A stretch of DNA of 64,000 nt from a virus (lineage: Duplodnaviria > Caudoviricetes), in IMG/VR virus record IMGVR_UViG_3300020576_003495, positions 1 through 64,000 of that record. The stretch is one strand, 5' to 3'. The position numbers and the translations under genes are program-made. Below the pieces are notes generated by a model that saw only the letters and a program-made list of their open reading frames with translations, did not search any database and was not told where the DNA came from. Below are positions 7,481-16,885 of the stretch, piece after piece. The stretch's first letter is position 1; each line of letters opens with the position of its first letter.

Positions 7481-9580
7481 ATGGGCACGACGTTCTCACG
7501 GATAATGAAATCCGACCCTTACCATGAACCCGCAGGTTCCAGTAAGGGTGGACGTTTTGCCAAGGCTAACGTCAGTGCCGAAGGATGGGATGCCGTACAG
7601 AAAAATCCTGTTCTTAAAGCAGGAACCAAATTTATTGTTTATCGTGTTGGAACGTCCCCCGAACTGAAAGGTGTCAACGGGGGCAATGCGTTCGGGATCG
7701 AAGCCCATATACTGAACTGGAAAGAAGAAGGCGAAATCAAGGACGAGAAGATTTACTCCCATGAAGTCACGCTCACCAAAGATACAGGGGAGTACGAGCA
7801 TATTGGTTTCAAGGGAAACCCAGAAGAAAAAGGAACTAACCCCCAAGTCGGGCGGGATCAGTATTTCTTCGGCACAGGCTACAGCTTCCCTAGCGACGGT
7901 GCGGGGTTCACTTCGAAACTAATAAAAGAAGTCCCTGTAAAGGACATATTAGCAGAAGCAGCGAAGGATGGAGATAATACACATCGTATTGCTACGGCCA
8001 TAGACAAGGCGTTTTCTAATAAAAAACCGCTGTGGGATGAAAAGGGTAATTTTTCAGATTCTCTTGGCATTGATCGAAAAGACATGCCGCAGATTCAATC
8101 CTCAGACTTTCCTGAGTTCACTGAATTCGCTAAGAAGAAAGGTATCACCATTACACCAGAACAGGTACACCTTTCTTCTTTGAAGCCCACACAGAAGCAC
8201 TTTAATGTGGAACAAGCGAAACAACTGACCCCCGAAGCTTTGAGTAAGCCGATAACCGTGTCAAAGGATAATTATGTTCTGGACGGTACGAACCGTTGGG
8301 CTAGGAACTTGGAATTGAATCCAGACGGTAAGGTTAACATCAACCGCATGTCGATCCCCGTTAGAAAAGCATTGGACTTGATGTTTAGCTTCCCCAAGGT
8401 GTTTTCAAAGACGCTGGCTCAAGTCGGTGCTACACAGAAGGGTGATAAGGTAGGCCATCCTTTCCGTGGGAATCAGTGGTCTGACTTAAGCCCTGTTGAC
8501 GCGAGTAAATCAGGACACACCATATCCAGAGGCATAGAGGCTAACGTGGAAGCTAACATCGGCCTTTACCATAAGATAAAAGACGGAACGGCCACAGCCG
8601 AAGACGTTTTAGGTATGGTCGACACCAAGCGCGTAGGAAACTACTGGTACTCCCACCAAGACGGTGCTGGTTTAGATGATTCAAAAGAGTTTGCTTATAC
8701 AGAGGAAGGTATTGATGGGGAAAACCGCAAAGAAGTAGAGAGCCGTTTTGCTGACGGACAGAAGCGTGTCTCTTTCTCTGTTTCTGTTGTCTTGGAAGGA
8801 AAACAGCCTGTTGGTTGGGACTCAGAAGACAACCCACCTAGCTTCGGGATGGGTAATTCCTACATCAATACAAAGAAGTGGAAAGAAGTGCAATTAACTG
8901 CCGTTCATTATAAAGCGGGGGATGGAAAGTGGCGCGCCATCCCCACAGACAGGAAAGTTAGTTTAGTTGGGCGTACCTTAAAACGTGATTTTTCACAGCT
9001 ACTGAAAGGGGATAAGGACGGTCATGCTTTCCACGGCAATCAGTGGATAGACCATACAGGGCAAACAGAAACAAAAGAATTCAAGGCGTGGTTCAAAAGG
9101 AGTAAGGTAGTAGATAAAGAAGGGAAACCACGGGTGATGTATCACGGAACGAATTCTGACTTCACTGAGTTTAGCTATAAGGCACCACAGAAAACTGGCG
9201 GGTCAAAAACGCATTGGATGGGGTTTTTCTTTTCTAACAACCCTGAGTTTGCAGACAGGTTTACGCGGGGTGGTGGTTCCGGGGCTAACGTCATGCCTGT
9301 GTATCTTAGTATAAAGAAGCCGTACATAGCAACATCTGCTGATATTGACCGCTACAACGAAAACACAGAAGAACAGAATGATTTGGAGTCGGTTAATCTA
9401 GCTGAGAAGGGCTTTGACGGAATCTTTATCCACGGCAATACTGCTGACTCCAAGTATGATGAGATAGTTGCTTTTAATCCCGAACAAATAAAGTCTGCTG
9501 TTGGAAACAACGGTAAGTTTGACCCCAAAGACGCCAACATCACCAAAATGGATTTTGCGAAGATTCTGAAAGCGTCGTAG
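7481..9580 (+). CDS. polyvalent multidomain protein: ParB-like domain plus ART-PolyVal-like ADP-ribosyltransferase domain; putative virion cargo
   Basis: LGIDRKDMPQI..LKPTQ..VSKDNYVLDGTNRW (ParB-like); FKAWFKRSKVVDKEGKPRVMYHGT..GFFFS..VMPVYL..GFDGI..EIVAFNPEQIKSAVGNNGKFD (ART-PolyVal-like). Confidence 0.8.
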   Translation: MGTTFSRIMKSDPYHEPAGSSKGGRFAKANVSAEGWDAVQKNPVLKAGTKFIVYRVGTSPELKGVNGGNAFGIEAHILNWKEEGEIKDEKIYSHEVTLTKDTGEYEHIGFKGNPEEKGTNPQVGRDQYFFGTGYSFPSDGAGFTSKLIKEVPVKDILAEAAKDGDNTHRIATAIDKAFSNKKPLWDEKGNFSDSLGIDRKDMPQIQSSDFPEFTEFAKKKGITITPEQVHLSSLKPTQKHFNVEQAKQLTPEALSKPITVSKDNYVLDGTNRWARNLELNPDGKVNINRMSIPVRKALDLMFSFPKVFSKTLAQVGATQKGDKVGHPFRGNQWSDLSPVDASKSGHTISRGIEANVEANIGLYHKIKDGTATAEDVLGMVDTKRVGNYWYSHQDGAGLDDSKEFAYTEEGIDGENRKEVESRFADGQKRVSFSVSVVLEGKQPVGWDSEDNPPSFGMGNSYINTKKWKEVQLTAVHYKAGDGKWRAIPTDRKVSLVGRTLKRDFSQLLKGDKDGHAFHGNQWIDHTGQTETKEFKAWFKRSKVVDKEGKPRVMYHGTNSDFTEFSYKAPQKTGGSKTHWMGFFFSNNPEFADRFTRGGGSGANVMPVYLSIKKPYIATSADIDRYNENTEEQNDLESVNLAEKGFDGIFIHGNTADSKYDEIVAFNPEQIKSAVGNNGKFDPKDANITKMDFAKILKAS

Positions 9581-9644
9581 TGCGCTTTGTGTTTTTCAGG
9601 TTCTTGGTTATACTCAAACCATAGTAAATATCATAGGAAGCATC

Positions 9645-10019
9645 ATGAAATTAAGCATCGTAGGAAAAGCCAACGTGCCTTCGGGTCTGGTTGAAATCTA
9701 TTCTGATGGGGATGTAGTTGTCACCACTAGGACGAGATACGGCGTGGTGATGACAGATTTGCCTTATGCCGTAATGAAACCCCTATATGACTCTTTGAAC
9801 TTGTCCCCCGATGATCCCCCGCCGATTGACCCGCAGGTAATCAACAAGCCCACAGGCAAACTGAAACCCCCCGCACGTATTGAGAAGACGCCTTCGGGAT
9901 GGAAAACCAATATTCGTGTGGGCAAAGAAGATCGAGTCTATTTCTACCGCACGCGGGATCAGTCCAGAGCAGCAAAGCCAATACACAAGATTGGTGGGCC
10001 AGAAGGTCGTATCAAGTAA
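9645..10019 (+). CDS. phage hypothetical protein
   Basis: 124 aa, AGGA RBS. Confidence 0.65.
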   Translation: MKLSIVGKANVPSGLVEIYSDGDVVVTTRTRYGVVMTDLPYAVMKPLYDSLNLSPDDPPPIDPQVINKPTGKLKPPARIEKTPSGWKTNIRVGKEDRVYFYRTRDQSRAAKPIHKIGGPEGRIK

Positions 10020-10021
10020 CC

Positions 10022-10249
10022 ATGTGGTCGCTCAATAATCTGACGCGGGATCAGATTGTCATGATCCTGCAACTACTCTATAGCCCCCACCTTCAGCAGC
10101 AGGTGTATATCGACTTCAAAAACCCTTATCGGGAGTTTCTTCCGTTTTGGGAAAATGCCGAGTTGCAGCAGAATTTTTTTAGGGGCTATGCACGGCACAT
10201 AAAACAAATCCCTGACGAACTTTATCGTGGGAAACTTCTGTTCTGTTGA
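10022..10249 (+). CDS. phage hypothetical protein
   Basis: MWSLNNLTRDQ.. directly after the previous stop. Confidence 0.5.
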   Translation: MWSLNNLTRDQIVMILQLLYSPHLQQQVYIDFKNPYREFLPFWENAELQQNFFRGYARHIKQIPDELYRGKLLFC

Positions 10250-10270
10250 AATTACTTGCACGGAGTGCAC

Positions 10271-10639
10271 ATGGCAACCATTGTTTATCATGATTCCACG
10301 GTTAAATCGTTCTACCCTGATGGGCGGGTAATTAATCCTCTCCCTTTGTACGCGGTGGGTGTCATCGGGTGTGAATTCAACCACGGGAATATCGTCCCCA
10401 TAGGGTCTACAACGCAGTGGTTTAGAACAAACATCGGTCTTATAGTTGAGTCGGGTGTTCTGGCACTGGTTACCGTCGTTCCTAACCTGAAGTACAAGAA
10501 TCTTTCTAGCCCAACACCCGTTGTGGTGGTGCAGGGTTCGGGTGAGATTATCATTGGGTTATGGACGTTGGGGGGACTTACCAGCGTGATAGAGTATGGC
10601 GATAAAATAGCTCAGGTTAACTTTGCAAAGTCTGCTTGA
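10271..10639 (+). CDS. degenerate trimeric dUTPase-like protein
   Basis: RTNIGLIV..GEIIIGL..IEYGDKIAQV resembles dUTPase motifs, but RSG and GxIDxDY are absent; ACGGAG RBS. Confidence 0.55.
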   Translation: MATIVYHDSTVKSFYPDGRVINPLPLYAVGVIGCEFNHGNIVPIGSTTQWFRTNIGLIVESGVLALVTVVPNLKYKNLSSPTPVVVVQGSGEIIIGLWTLGGLTSVIEYGDKIAQVNFAKSA

Positions 10640-10851
10640 TGGAAAATAGCATCGGGTTGCGGTATTGGTCGCTATCTTCCGAGCTAGACCCTAGATGGTG
10701 TAAAAGCGACTTGGACGTGATTGCCCACCCAAGGGGTGTCAACGGCTTCGCTCAACTGAAATGTGGGGAGCTATCTGCACAGTTCGGGAACATACCTACA
10801 GACTTGAAGATAGTCATTGGCAAGCAGACCATAGGGCAGTGTTTTGGGTAA
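10639..10851 (+). CDS. phage hypothetical protein
   Basis: 70 aa, coupled. Confidence 0.5.
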   Translation: MENSIGLRYWSLSSELDPRWCKSDLDVIAHPRGVNGFAQLKCGELSAQFGNIPTDLKIVIGKQTIGQCFG

Positions 10852-11149
10852 TACGACAACACCGTTCTTCTTTTGGGTAATAAGGCACAAGAACGAAATC
10901 TTCAAAGCAAGAGCGCCTTTCATGTGCAACATCGCTTTTGATGATGATTCGTATTTTGTATTAGAAGTGCCCCGGCTAAATATGTGTGCCTACACCAAGA
11001 AACGATCTGACTTGATTAACGAAGTGGGCGAGCAGTTATCAATGCTATGGAAGGAATACGCCATGGCTGACGAGGCTACGCTGGATGATGGTGCGGCTAT
11101 TTTGAAGCACGAACTTTTAAACACGTTTGAGAGAAAAGTAGATGTCTGA
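10844..11149 (+). CDS. HicB-like fold hypothetical protein
   Basis: FVLEVPRLNMCAY..DLINEVGEQLSMLWKEYA pattern. Confidence 0.45.
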   Translation: MGNTTTPFFFWVIRHKNEIFKARAPFMCNIAFDDDSYFVLEVPRLNMCAYTKKRSDLINEVGEQLSMLWKEYAMADEATLDDGAAILKHELLNTFERKVDV

Positions 11150-11528
11150 GTTGAACGTATTGACCACAGAACTTGAAACGGCACGCAAGATTTTCTGGTT
11201 GCTGGTGGAAGATCAGATTTTCCTGACCAGCTACAACAGCATAAAAGAAACGTGGGACGACGGTGCCTATCCTGCAATTAATTGCAACGATATTTTTGTG
11301 CCGGGGGCTGATGCGGAGAACTTAGCCGCAGAAGACTTGGACTTGTATATCGAAGCGGTGAAGAAGTGGCCGAAGACAGCGGGCTATGCGTGGTGTGCTG
11401 TTAAACGTGCGGCTAAGCCGTGGAGGAAGGTTGATTCAGCGAAGTGGGTTGATGACTACAACGCGGCTATAGATGGGATCACTGAGTTGTTTGTTCAACG
11501 AGACAAAAGGATTAAAAATGGAAACTAG
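11142..11528 (+). CDS. phage hypothetical protein
   Basis: 128 aa, INCNDIF..ADAE motif. Confidence 0.7.
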   Translation: MSELNVLTTELETARKIFWLLVEDQIFLTSYNSIKETWDDGAYPAINCNDIFVPGADAENLAAEDLDLYIEAVKKWPKTAGYAWCAVKRAAKPWRKVDSAKWVDDYNAAIDGITELFVQRDKRIKNGN

Positions 11529-11988
11529 ACCCTCGTGGGATGAGTATTTTATGCAGATTGCCAAAGACGTAGCTGCACGGGGGAGTTGTCTGCGGCGTAA
11601 GGTGGGTTGTGTCATCGTAACCAAGCATAACAGAATCATGTCGACAGGGTACAATGGGAAAGCTGCGGGTTTGCCTAACTGCGACACAGTTAGCCACGAG
11701 ATAGGTGCGGTTTATCCCCATGCCTGTTCTGCGGCATTTGCCCCTTCAGGTACGAACTTGGATGGCTGTGAAGCCCTTCATGCAGAGGATAACGCCTTGC
11801 TGTATTGTAAAAACGTAAGGAAAATATACACAGCTTACGTTACTGCATCCCCTTGTATTCGCTGCGTTAAGTCATTGTTGGGGACAGGGTGTAAGCGCAT
11901 CGTTTTTGCTGAGCAGTACCCTCACAGTGCGTCTATGGATTTATGGTTAGCCGCAGGGCGAGAGTGGATTTACTTGCCTAACTCTTGA
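11518..11988 (+). CDS. dCMP deaminase
   Basis: RPSWDEYFM, C.RRKVGCVI, TGYNG, HAEDNAL, SPCIRC. Confidence 0.93.
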   Translation: METRPSWDEYFMQIAKDVAARGSCLRRKVGCVIVTKHNRIMSTGYNGKAAGLPNCDTVSHEIGAVYPHACSAAFAPSGTNLDGCEALHAEDNALLYCKNVRKIYTAYVTASPCIRCVKSLLGTGCKRIVFAEQYPHSASMDLWLAAGREWIYLPNS

Positions 11989-12013
11989 CAAACTGTGCGT
12001 ATCGTGTGATAAT
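11985..12013 (+). promoter_or_regulatory. phage sigma70-like promoter (TTGACAAA class)
   Basis: TTGACA-17-GATAAT. Confidence 0.7.
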
Positions 12014-12267
12014 AGCCTATACACAGTTATACTAAGTTGTAACTATATTCGACTATACATAGGTATAAATATGACACCGTACACAACAACGGCGTACCCA
12101 ACCAGCCCTGCAAAATTTAACCCCGTGTTTCGTGGTTTCCACTACGCATCGGTGGCTTGTGGTGATAATCTTGACGCCCCTGATTTTATACTGCGCGGGG
12201 ATTTGTTTTGGGGTACGTGGACTCACGAAGCGCTGCCAGCCGTAGCCTACTCTCGTGGGTAATCACT

Positions 12268-12624
12268 ATGTCAATACATACAGAAATAACCGCATCGGAC
12301 TACATTAAGTATCGTGGGAAGTGCAAACAGCTTTGCGATGCTGCGTGTGTGGCTGATCCTTCTTTGACTTTGGTTCGTGGGCACTACTTCTGCCCCATCT
12401 GGAATACAAACGAACCGCACTGGTGGACGGTTAGGCCGAACGGTGAGATTTATGATCCCACCAAAAACCAGTTTCCATCAAAGGGCTTGGGTGAGTACGT
12501 TCCTTTTGATGGTGTTGTCAAGTGCGCTGAGTGCGGTAAGAAAATGAAAGAAGCTGAAGCACGCTTTGACAGCAACTACGCTTTTTGTAGTTCCCTGTGC
12601 AACATGAGGTTTGTGGGGCTATGA
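12268..12624 (+). CDS. transglutaminase/papain-like protein with C-terminal Zn finger
   Basis: GKC...HWW...YDPT putative Cys-His-Asp triad; CAEC..FCSSLC. Confidence 0.55.
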   Translation: MSIHTEITASDYIKYRGKCKQLCDAACVADPSLTLVRGHYFCPIWNTNEPHWWTVRPNGEIYDPTKNQFPSKGLGEYVPFDGVVKCAECGKKMKEAEARFDSNYAFCSSLCNMRFVGL

Positions 12625-12818
12625 TAAAAACAACGGGGCGATATGGAACACGCGAAGAACTGTGCTTTTTCGTCAATCGTTGGTACTACGGTTCGGAAAT
12701 GAAGCAAGCTGAGATTGCTAGGGTGTGCCGTGTGAGCGAAGGCACTGTGGCTAACATAATTAAGAAAGACGAGGGGTATGATGCGTACATGGCTTCTATT
12801 GCTGCTGATCTTCAGTAG
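12621..12818 (+). CDS. small helix-turn-helix protein
   Basis: MKQAEIARVCRVSEGTVANII. Confidence 0.7.
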   Translation: MIKTTGRYGTREELCFFVNRWYYGSEMKQAEIARVCRVSEGTVANIIKKDEGYDAYMASIAADLQ

Positions 12819-13260
12819 TCTGGTTAAGGCAGACCCAATCACATTGGATTTGCAAAACAACACGCCTTTGTTCGAGGGTGATGAGTGTCGTGTTTATACA
12901 GGGCAGGATGCTCTGCGTGCGGTGTATCAGTTAGTGGCGTCTACACGCATTCGTATTGAAGTTATTTCGTCCGTGGTGGAAGAACCAGCCTTCATCAAAT
13001 TATTAGAAGACAAGGCGGCTTTCGGAAAGCGCGTGAAGGTGTACTCCAACACAGTCCTGCATGGTGTAGAGTCGCACAAGTTGGGTGAAGCCCAACCCAG
13101 TTCGCTGATCATCCTGTCTGATTCTACTTACATTGGCATAGGCAACATTCGCATGACGAAAGCCGTACAGCGGTATTCCAGTTTTGTGGTGTGCCGTGAT
13201 GGGGAATCTTTTGACAGGATGAAAGAATCGGCAAAAGCCTACACTAGCGCTAGGAAATAA
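12781..13260 (+). CDS. secreted PLD/Nuc-like protein lacking the HxK motif
   Basis: Signal peptide MRTWLLLLLIFSSLVKA; SSLIILSDSTYIGIGN aligns to HxKxxxxD..GSxN. Confidence 0.5.
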   Translation: MRTWLLLLLIFSSLVKADPITLDLQNNTPLFEGDECRVYTGQDALRAVYQLVASTRIRIEVISSVVEEPAFIKLLEDKAAFGKRVKVYSNTVLHGVESHKLGEAQPSSLIILSDSTYIGIGNIRMTKAVQRYSSFVVCRDGESFDRMKESAKAYTSARK

Positions 13261-13263
13261 AGC

Positions 13264-13464
13264 ATGTCGGTGTATCAAACAAATGTATGGGTGTGCGAAG
13301 TATGCGGCTTTGTTGAGTCCACGAGCGAAGAAACATCCCCGTACAGCGACCCTGTTGTACTCCCGCCGAGAGGGGTGGAGTGGGAGTATCTTAAAAAAGA
13401 CGGAAAAGAGCTATTGGCTTGTCCCGCGTGCCAAGCAACTAACAAATGTAGTGTCTCTTCGTAG
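13264..13464 (+). CDS. small Zn-ribbon protein
   Basis: CEVC...CPAC. Confidence 0.65.
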   Translation: MSVYQTNVWVCEVCGFVESTSEETSPYSDPVVLPPRGVEWEYLKKDGKELLACPACQATNKCSVSS

Positions 13465-13500
13465 TAAGCTTCTAATATTGTGCACTGAGGGGTTTCTAGT

Positions 13501-14055
13501 ATGGCAAAGCGGATAATTATTGGTATTGCGGGGGCAATGGGGGCGGGAAAGACGACTGCGGCTGATGAACTGGTTCGCCAGTTTTTCGTGTGCAAGCTAT
13601 CCTTTGCCACACCGTTGAAAGAGGCTGCGTGTTCCCTCTTTGGATTGAAGCCAGAAGACTTCTCGCAAGGAAAAAGCGCAGTTGATCCCTATTGGGGGAT
13701 TACAAGGCGGGAAATGCTACAGAAGCTAGGAACCGAATGTATGCGTCAAAACTTCGGACAAGATTTCTGGGTACGTAGAGCAAAACTTGCCGTAGGGAAG
13801 GTCAGAGAACACATGACGGTGGTGTTTGATGACGTGCGTTTCCCCGACGAAGCGAATTGGATACGTAACAACAATGGTGTACTGCTACGGGTCACCCGAC
13901 CGCAGGAAGAAGACGTTCCCGGATCATCCCATGCCAGCGAAACACAAGAGTTTGAAGTTGACGCGACCTATGACAACAGTGGAACAAAACAACGCATGGG
14001 CATATACTTAGCTGAATTTTTCAGGCATACACAGGATAGATATGGAAGCAGGTGA
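13501..14055 (+). CDS. deoxynucleoside monophosphate kinase
   Basis: GIAGAMGAGKTT P-loop, SFATPLK, REMLQKLGTE, DDVRFPDE, HASE. Confidence 0.92.
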   Translation: MAKRIIIGIAGAMGAGKTTAADELVRQFFVCKLSFATPLKEAACSLFGLKPEDFSQGKSAVDPYWGITRREMLQKLGTECMRQNFGQDFWVRRAKLAVGKVREHMTVVFDDVRFPDEANWIRNNNGVLLRVTRPQEEDVPGSSHASETQEFEVDATYDNSGTKQRMGIYLAEFFRHTQDRYGSR

Positions 14056-14224
14056 GGTAGAATCCTTGCTAGGCAAGGTGATGTCTGTATTGGAGTCTCC
14101 CCTTGAAGAAATAGATCGCCAAGAGCTAGAGGGCACACGCGATGAACTGCTAAACGGCGTGATCCCCGATGTGGATTCTGTGGGGTTCCTGATAGCTGTG
14201 CACGATGCACTTGATATAGCTTGA
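14042..14224 (+). CDS. small acidic hypothetical protein
   Basis: 60 aa, AGGA RBS. Confidence 0.5.
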   Translation: MEAGEVESLLGKVMSVLESPLEEIDRQELEGTRDELLNGVIPDVDSVGFLIAVHDALDIA

Positions 14225-14249
14225 CAAAACAAGAACAGGGCGCTATACT
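14221..14249 (+). promoter_or_regulatory. phage sigma70-like promoter with a 14-bp motif near the start site
   Basis: TTGACA-17-TATACT; TGAAATTACTTGCA at 14258-14271. Confidence 0.8.
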
Positions 14250-14290
14250 TGGGCTATTGAAATTACTTGCAACAAAACAACGGAGTGTTT

Positions 14291-16405
14291 ATGAGTGCTG
14301 AATTTTACCCTGTAGGTTTTGGTTCCCCTTCGGAAGCGTCTATCGACGTTCTTGGGGGTAAAGGGCTTAACCTTTTGAAAATGGCTGGTCTGGGGATCAA
14401 TGTCCCCCCGGCAATCATTCTCCCCACTACGCTTTGTGCGGGTATCAACGCGGGTACGGAGTCCACTGCGGCACTTGCCCTGCAAGCCTATACTTACATT
14501 GATGAAATCGAAAAGAAGTTTGGCTATCTGCCACTTTTCTCTGTTCGTTCGGGCGCTAAGGTTAGCTGCCCCGGCATGTGCGAAACAATCCTAAACGTTG
14601 GCCTGACTTCAACCACGATTAAAGCGTGGGAAAAGCGCATCGGTGAACGTGCGGCTTGGGACTCGTATCGTCGTCTGATTCAGATGTTCGGTTCGGTGGT
14701 GTTCAATATTTCTTCCAGCAAGTACGAAGCGATTCTGGATGACGTTAAAGAAGTAGAGAAAGTTTCTACGGACGCCGAACTGTCGGTTCAATCCCTTAAA
14801 GTAATCTGCGAACTTTTCCTTGGCATCACGCCAGACTTCCCACAGACGTTCAAAATGCAATTGCGTCGGGCAATCAAGGCGGTTTACGGTTCGTGGAATA
14901 CCGACCGTGCGATTACCTATCGTAACCTGAACAAGATTCCGCATGACTTGGGGACTGCTTGTATTATTCAGGCAATGGTTTTCGGTAACATGAACGACAA
15001 GTCAGCTACGGGTGTTCTCTTTTCTCGTAACCCCGCTACAGGCGAAAATAAGGCGGTTGGTGAGTACCTTGTTAACGCTCAGGGCGAAGACGTGGTTTCT
15101 GGTGTGCGTACACCTTTGCCGATAGAGTCGATGCTTGAATGGAATACTGACAGCTTCGCACAGTTGATTCTAACGGCTGACAAGCTTGAAAAGTCGTTTG
15201 CCGACATGCAAGATATTGAATTCACTATTCAAGACGGTGAACTGTTTATCCTGCAAACTCGTAATGCCAAGCGCACGGCAAAAGCTGCGGTTAAGGTGGC
15301 GGTTGACTTGGTGTTTGAGGGCGTGATTGATCGTAAGACGGCATTCTCGCGTATTTCGTATGATCAATACCTCATGGCAAGTCGCCCTGTGATTGATCCT
15401 TCGTTTTCTATTGCCCCTACGGGTAAAGGACTGGCTGCGTCAACGGGTTTTGCTACGGGCGTGGCGGTGTTCTCATCGGAAAAAGCTGTTGAACTGGCGA
15501 AGACAAAAAGTGTTATTCTGCTGTCCAAGGAAACCACTCCTGATGACATCGCAGGGATGAATGCGGCTGTGGGGATTCTTACCCAAACAGGGGGATCATC
15601 CTCACACGCTGCGGTGGTGGCTCGCGGGATGGACAAGGTTTGCGTGGTCGGTTGCCTTGACTTGACTCAGGGAAAGACTGTTTCGGGGGGCGACTATTGG
15701 GCGTTGAACGGTGCTTACATCGCGGAAGGTGAAACCAAGATCACGATTGAGGGTGATACGGGCAACATTTGGGTTGGTAGCGATGTTCCGATAATTGCGG
15801 CTGATAGCAATACCGAACTGAGTACGTTATCTGCGTGGGTACACGGTGAAGTTTCTTTCGTGCCGCTGGTTACATCGGGTACTTACGGCTATCTTGACAC
15901 ACGTGAGTTTGATAAGAACCCCGACCATCTGAAGCATGTTGCTAACGACTTTGAAGGGATCATTTCTATCGCTACGTCAGTCGAATCGGTTGTTGAATAT
16001 GACAAGCCGCTGTTTGAGTTGTTTGAACTGTTCGACTACAAAAAGGTGTCAAGAAGCAAGCTGGACAGTCTGGCTGAAGCTAAGCCGACGAAGCCTGTGG
16101 CGATTGATCTTGGCTTTTTTAGCGTAACCCACAAGCTAAAAAGCAAGCTGACGGATGTTGGTTTTTCTTTGATCGAAGAAGTCAATTCTGTCGAAGATTT
16201 GCTTTTCGCCAAAGGAACCGTGAAGTTTGGCGACGGTTTGGCGAATAAAAAGGATGCCGTGGGTAAAGTGCTTGAATTGAAAGGCTTTTCTGGCGAACCC
16301 CTCACGGAGCTAGTGATTGCAGGGGATAGCGTTCCTTCAGTTGTTTCTTATCAGAAGTTGGTTGCTTCTGAAGACGTTGTTTTGAAGTCCCTTCTGAGTG
16401 CTTGA
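14291..16405 (+). CDS. pyruvate phosphate dikinase-like protein (ATP-grasp + phospho-His swivel domain; PEP/pyruvate barrel absent)
   Basis: LGGKG, SVRSGA..S.PGM..TILNVG, DSYRRLIQMF, QAMVFGN, NAQGEDVVSG.RTP, DIEFTI..LQTR, ETTPDDI.GM, SHAAVVAR; about 200-aa unrelated C-terminus. Confidence 0.9.
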   Translation: MSAEFYPVGFGSPSEASIDVLGGKGLNLLKMAGLGINVPPAIILPTTLCAGINAGTESTAALALQAYTYIDEIEKKFGYLPLFSVRSGAKVSCPGMCETILNVGLTSTTIKAWEKRIGERAAWDSYRRLIQMFGSVVFNISSSKYEAILDDVKEVEKVSTDAELSVQSLKVICELFLGITPDFPQTFKMQLRRAIKAVYGSWNTDRAITYRNLNKIPHDLGTACIIQAMVFGNMNDKSATGVLFSRNPATGENKAVGEYLVNAQGEDVVSGVRTPLPIESMLEWNTDSFAQLILTADKLEKSFADMQDIEFTIQDGELFILQTRNAKRTAKAAVKVAVDLVFEGVIDRKTAFSRISYDQYLMASRPVIDPSFSIAPTGKGLAASTGFATGVAVFSSEKAVELAKTKSVILLSKETTPDDIAGMNAAVGILTQTGGSSSHAAVVARGMDKVCVVGCLDLTQGKTVSGGDYWALNGAYIAEGETKITIEGDTGNIWVGSDVPIIAADSNTELSTLSAWVHGEVSFVPLVTSGTYGYLDTREFDKNPDHLKHVANDFEGIISIATSVESVVEYDKPLFELFELFDYKKVSRSKLDSLAEAKPTKPVAIDLGFFSVTHKLKSKLTDVGFSLIEEVNSVEDLLFAKGTVKFGDGLANKKDAVGKVLELKGFSGEPLTELVIAGDSVPSVVSYQKLVASEDVVLKSLLSA

Positions 16406-16476
16406 TTAACATGACTATTTACAATTCAAATAACTTCGTACAATTTAACCCCGTGGAGTTCTGCGGGGGGATTGAC

Positions 16477-16884
16477 ATGGAGTGTCCTAAGTGCTGTAGC
16501 GTTTCTGCGCGGTATATCGAAGACCACACGGGCGTTTTTCTAAAATGCTTTTGTGGTTTTCTAAAACTGGTTCAATCGAAGTATGCGGATGGTAGTCAGA
16601 CTGACCATATTGACATCGAAGAAGAAGTCACTCTACCAAGACGCGGAACAAAACTTTTGTGTGCCTTGGGCGCGTTATTTGCCATTGAACCCGCAAGCAC
16701 CAAGCATGTTACTGAACTGGTTAACCAAAGCGCGGAAGTTGCACAGACCAGTTCGGATGTGGCATCACAACTTACTATTCTCAGATACAAGGGTCTTGTT
16801 GAAATAACCGACTACAAGCGCGGCATCGTCGGCGGCAGCACTTGGATCACCACGGACACAGCTAAACGATTGATGGGGCGTTAA
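16477..16884 (+). CDS. Zn-ribbon + winged-helix putative transcription regulator
   Basis: CPKC..CFCG then SSDVASQLTILRYKGLV..GGSTW. Confidence 0.65.
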   Translation: MECPKCCSVSARYIEDHTGVFLKCFCGFLKLVQSKYADGSQTDHIDIEEEVTLPRRGTKLLCALGALFAIEPASTKHVTELVNQSAEVAQTSSDVASQLTILRYKGLVEITDYKRGIVGGSTWITTDTAKRLMGR

Positions 16885-16885
16885 T

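Noticed and set aside
12014-12070. AT-rich TATAC repeats as a replication origin
   Set aside because: Too short and degenerate to support the call
14291-16405. Calling this a functional ppdK metabolic gene or host contamination
   Set aside because: It lacks the C-terminal PEP/pyruvate domain and sits behind a phage-type promoter among phage genes
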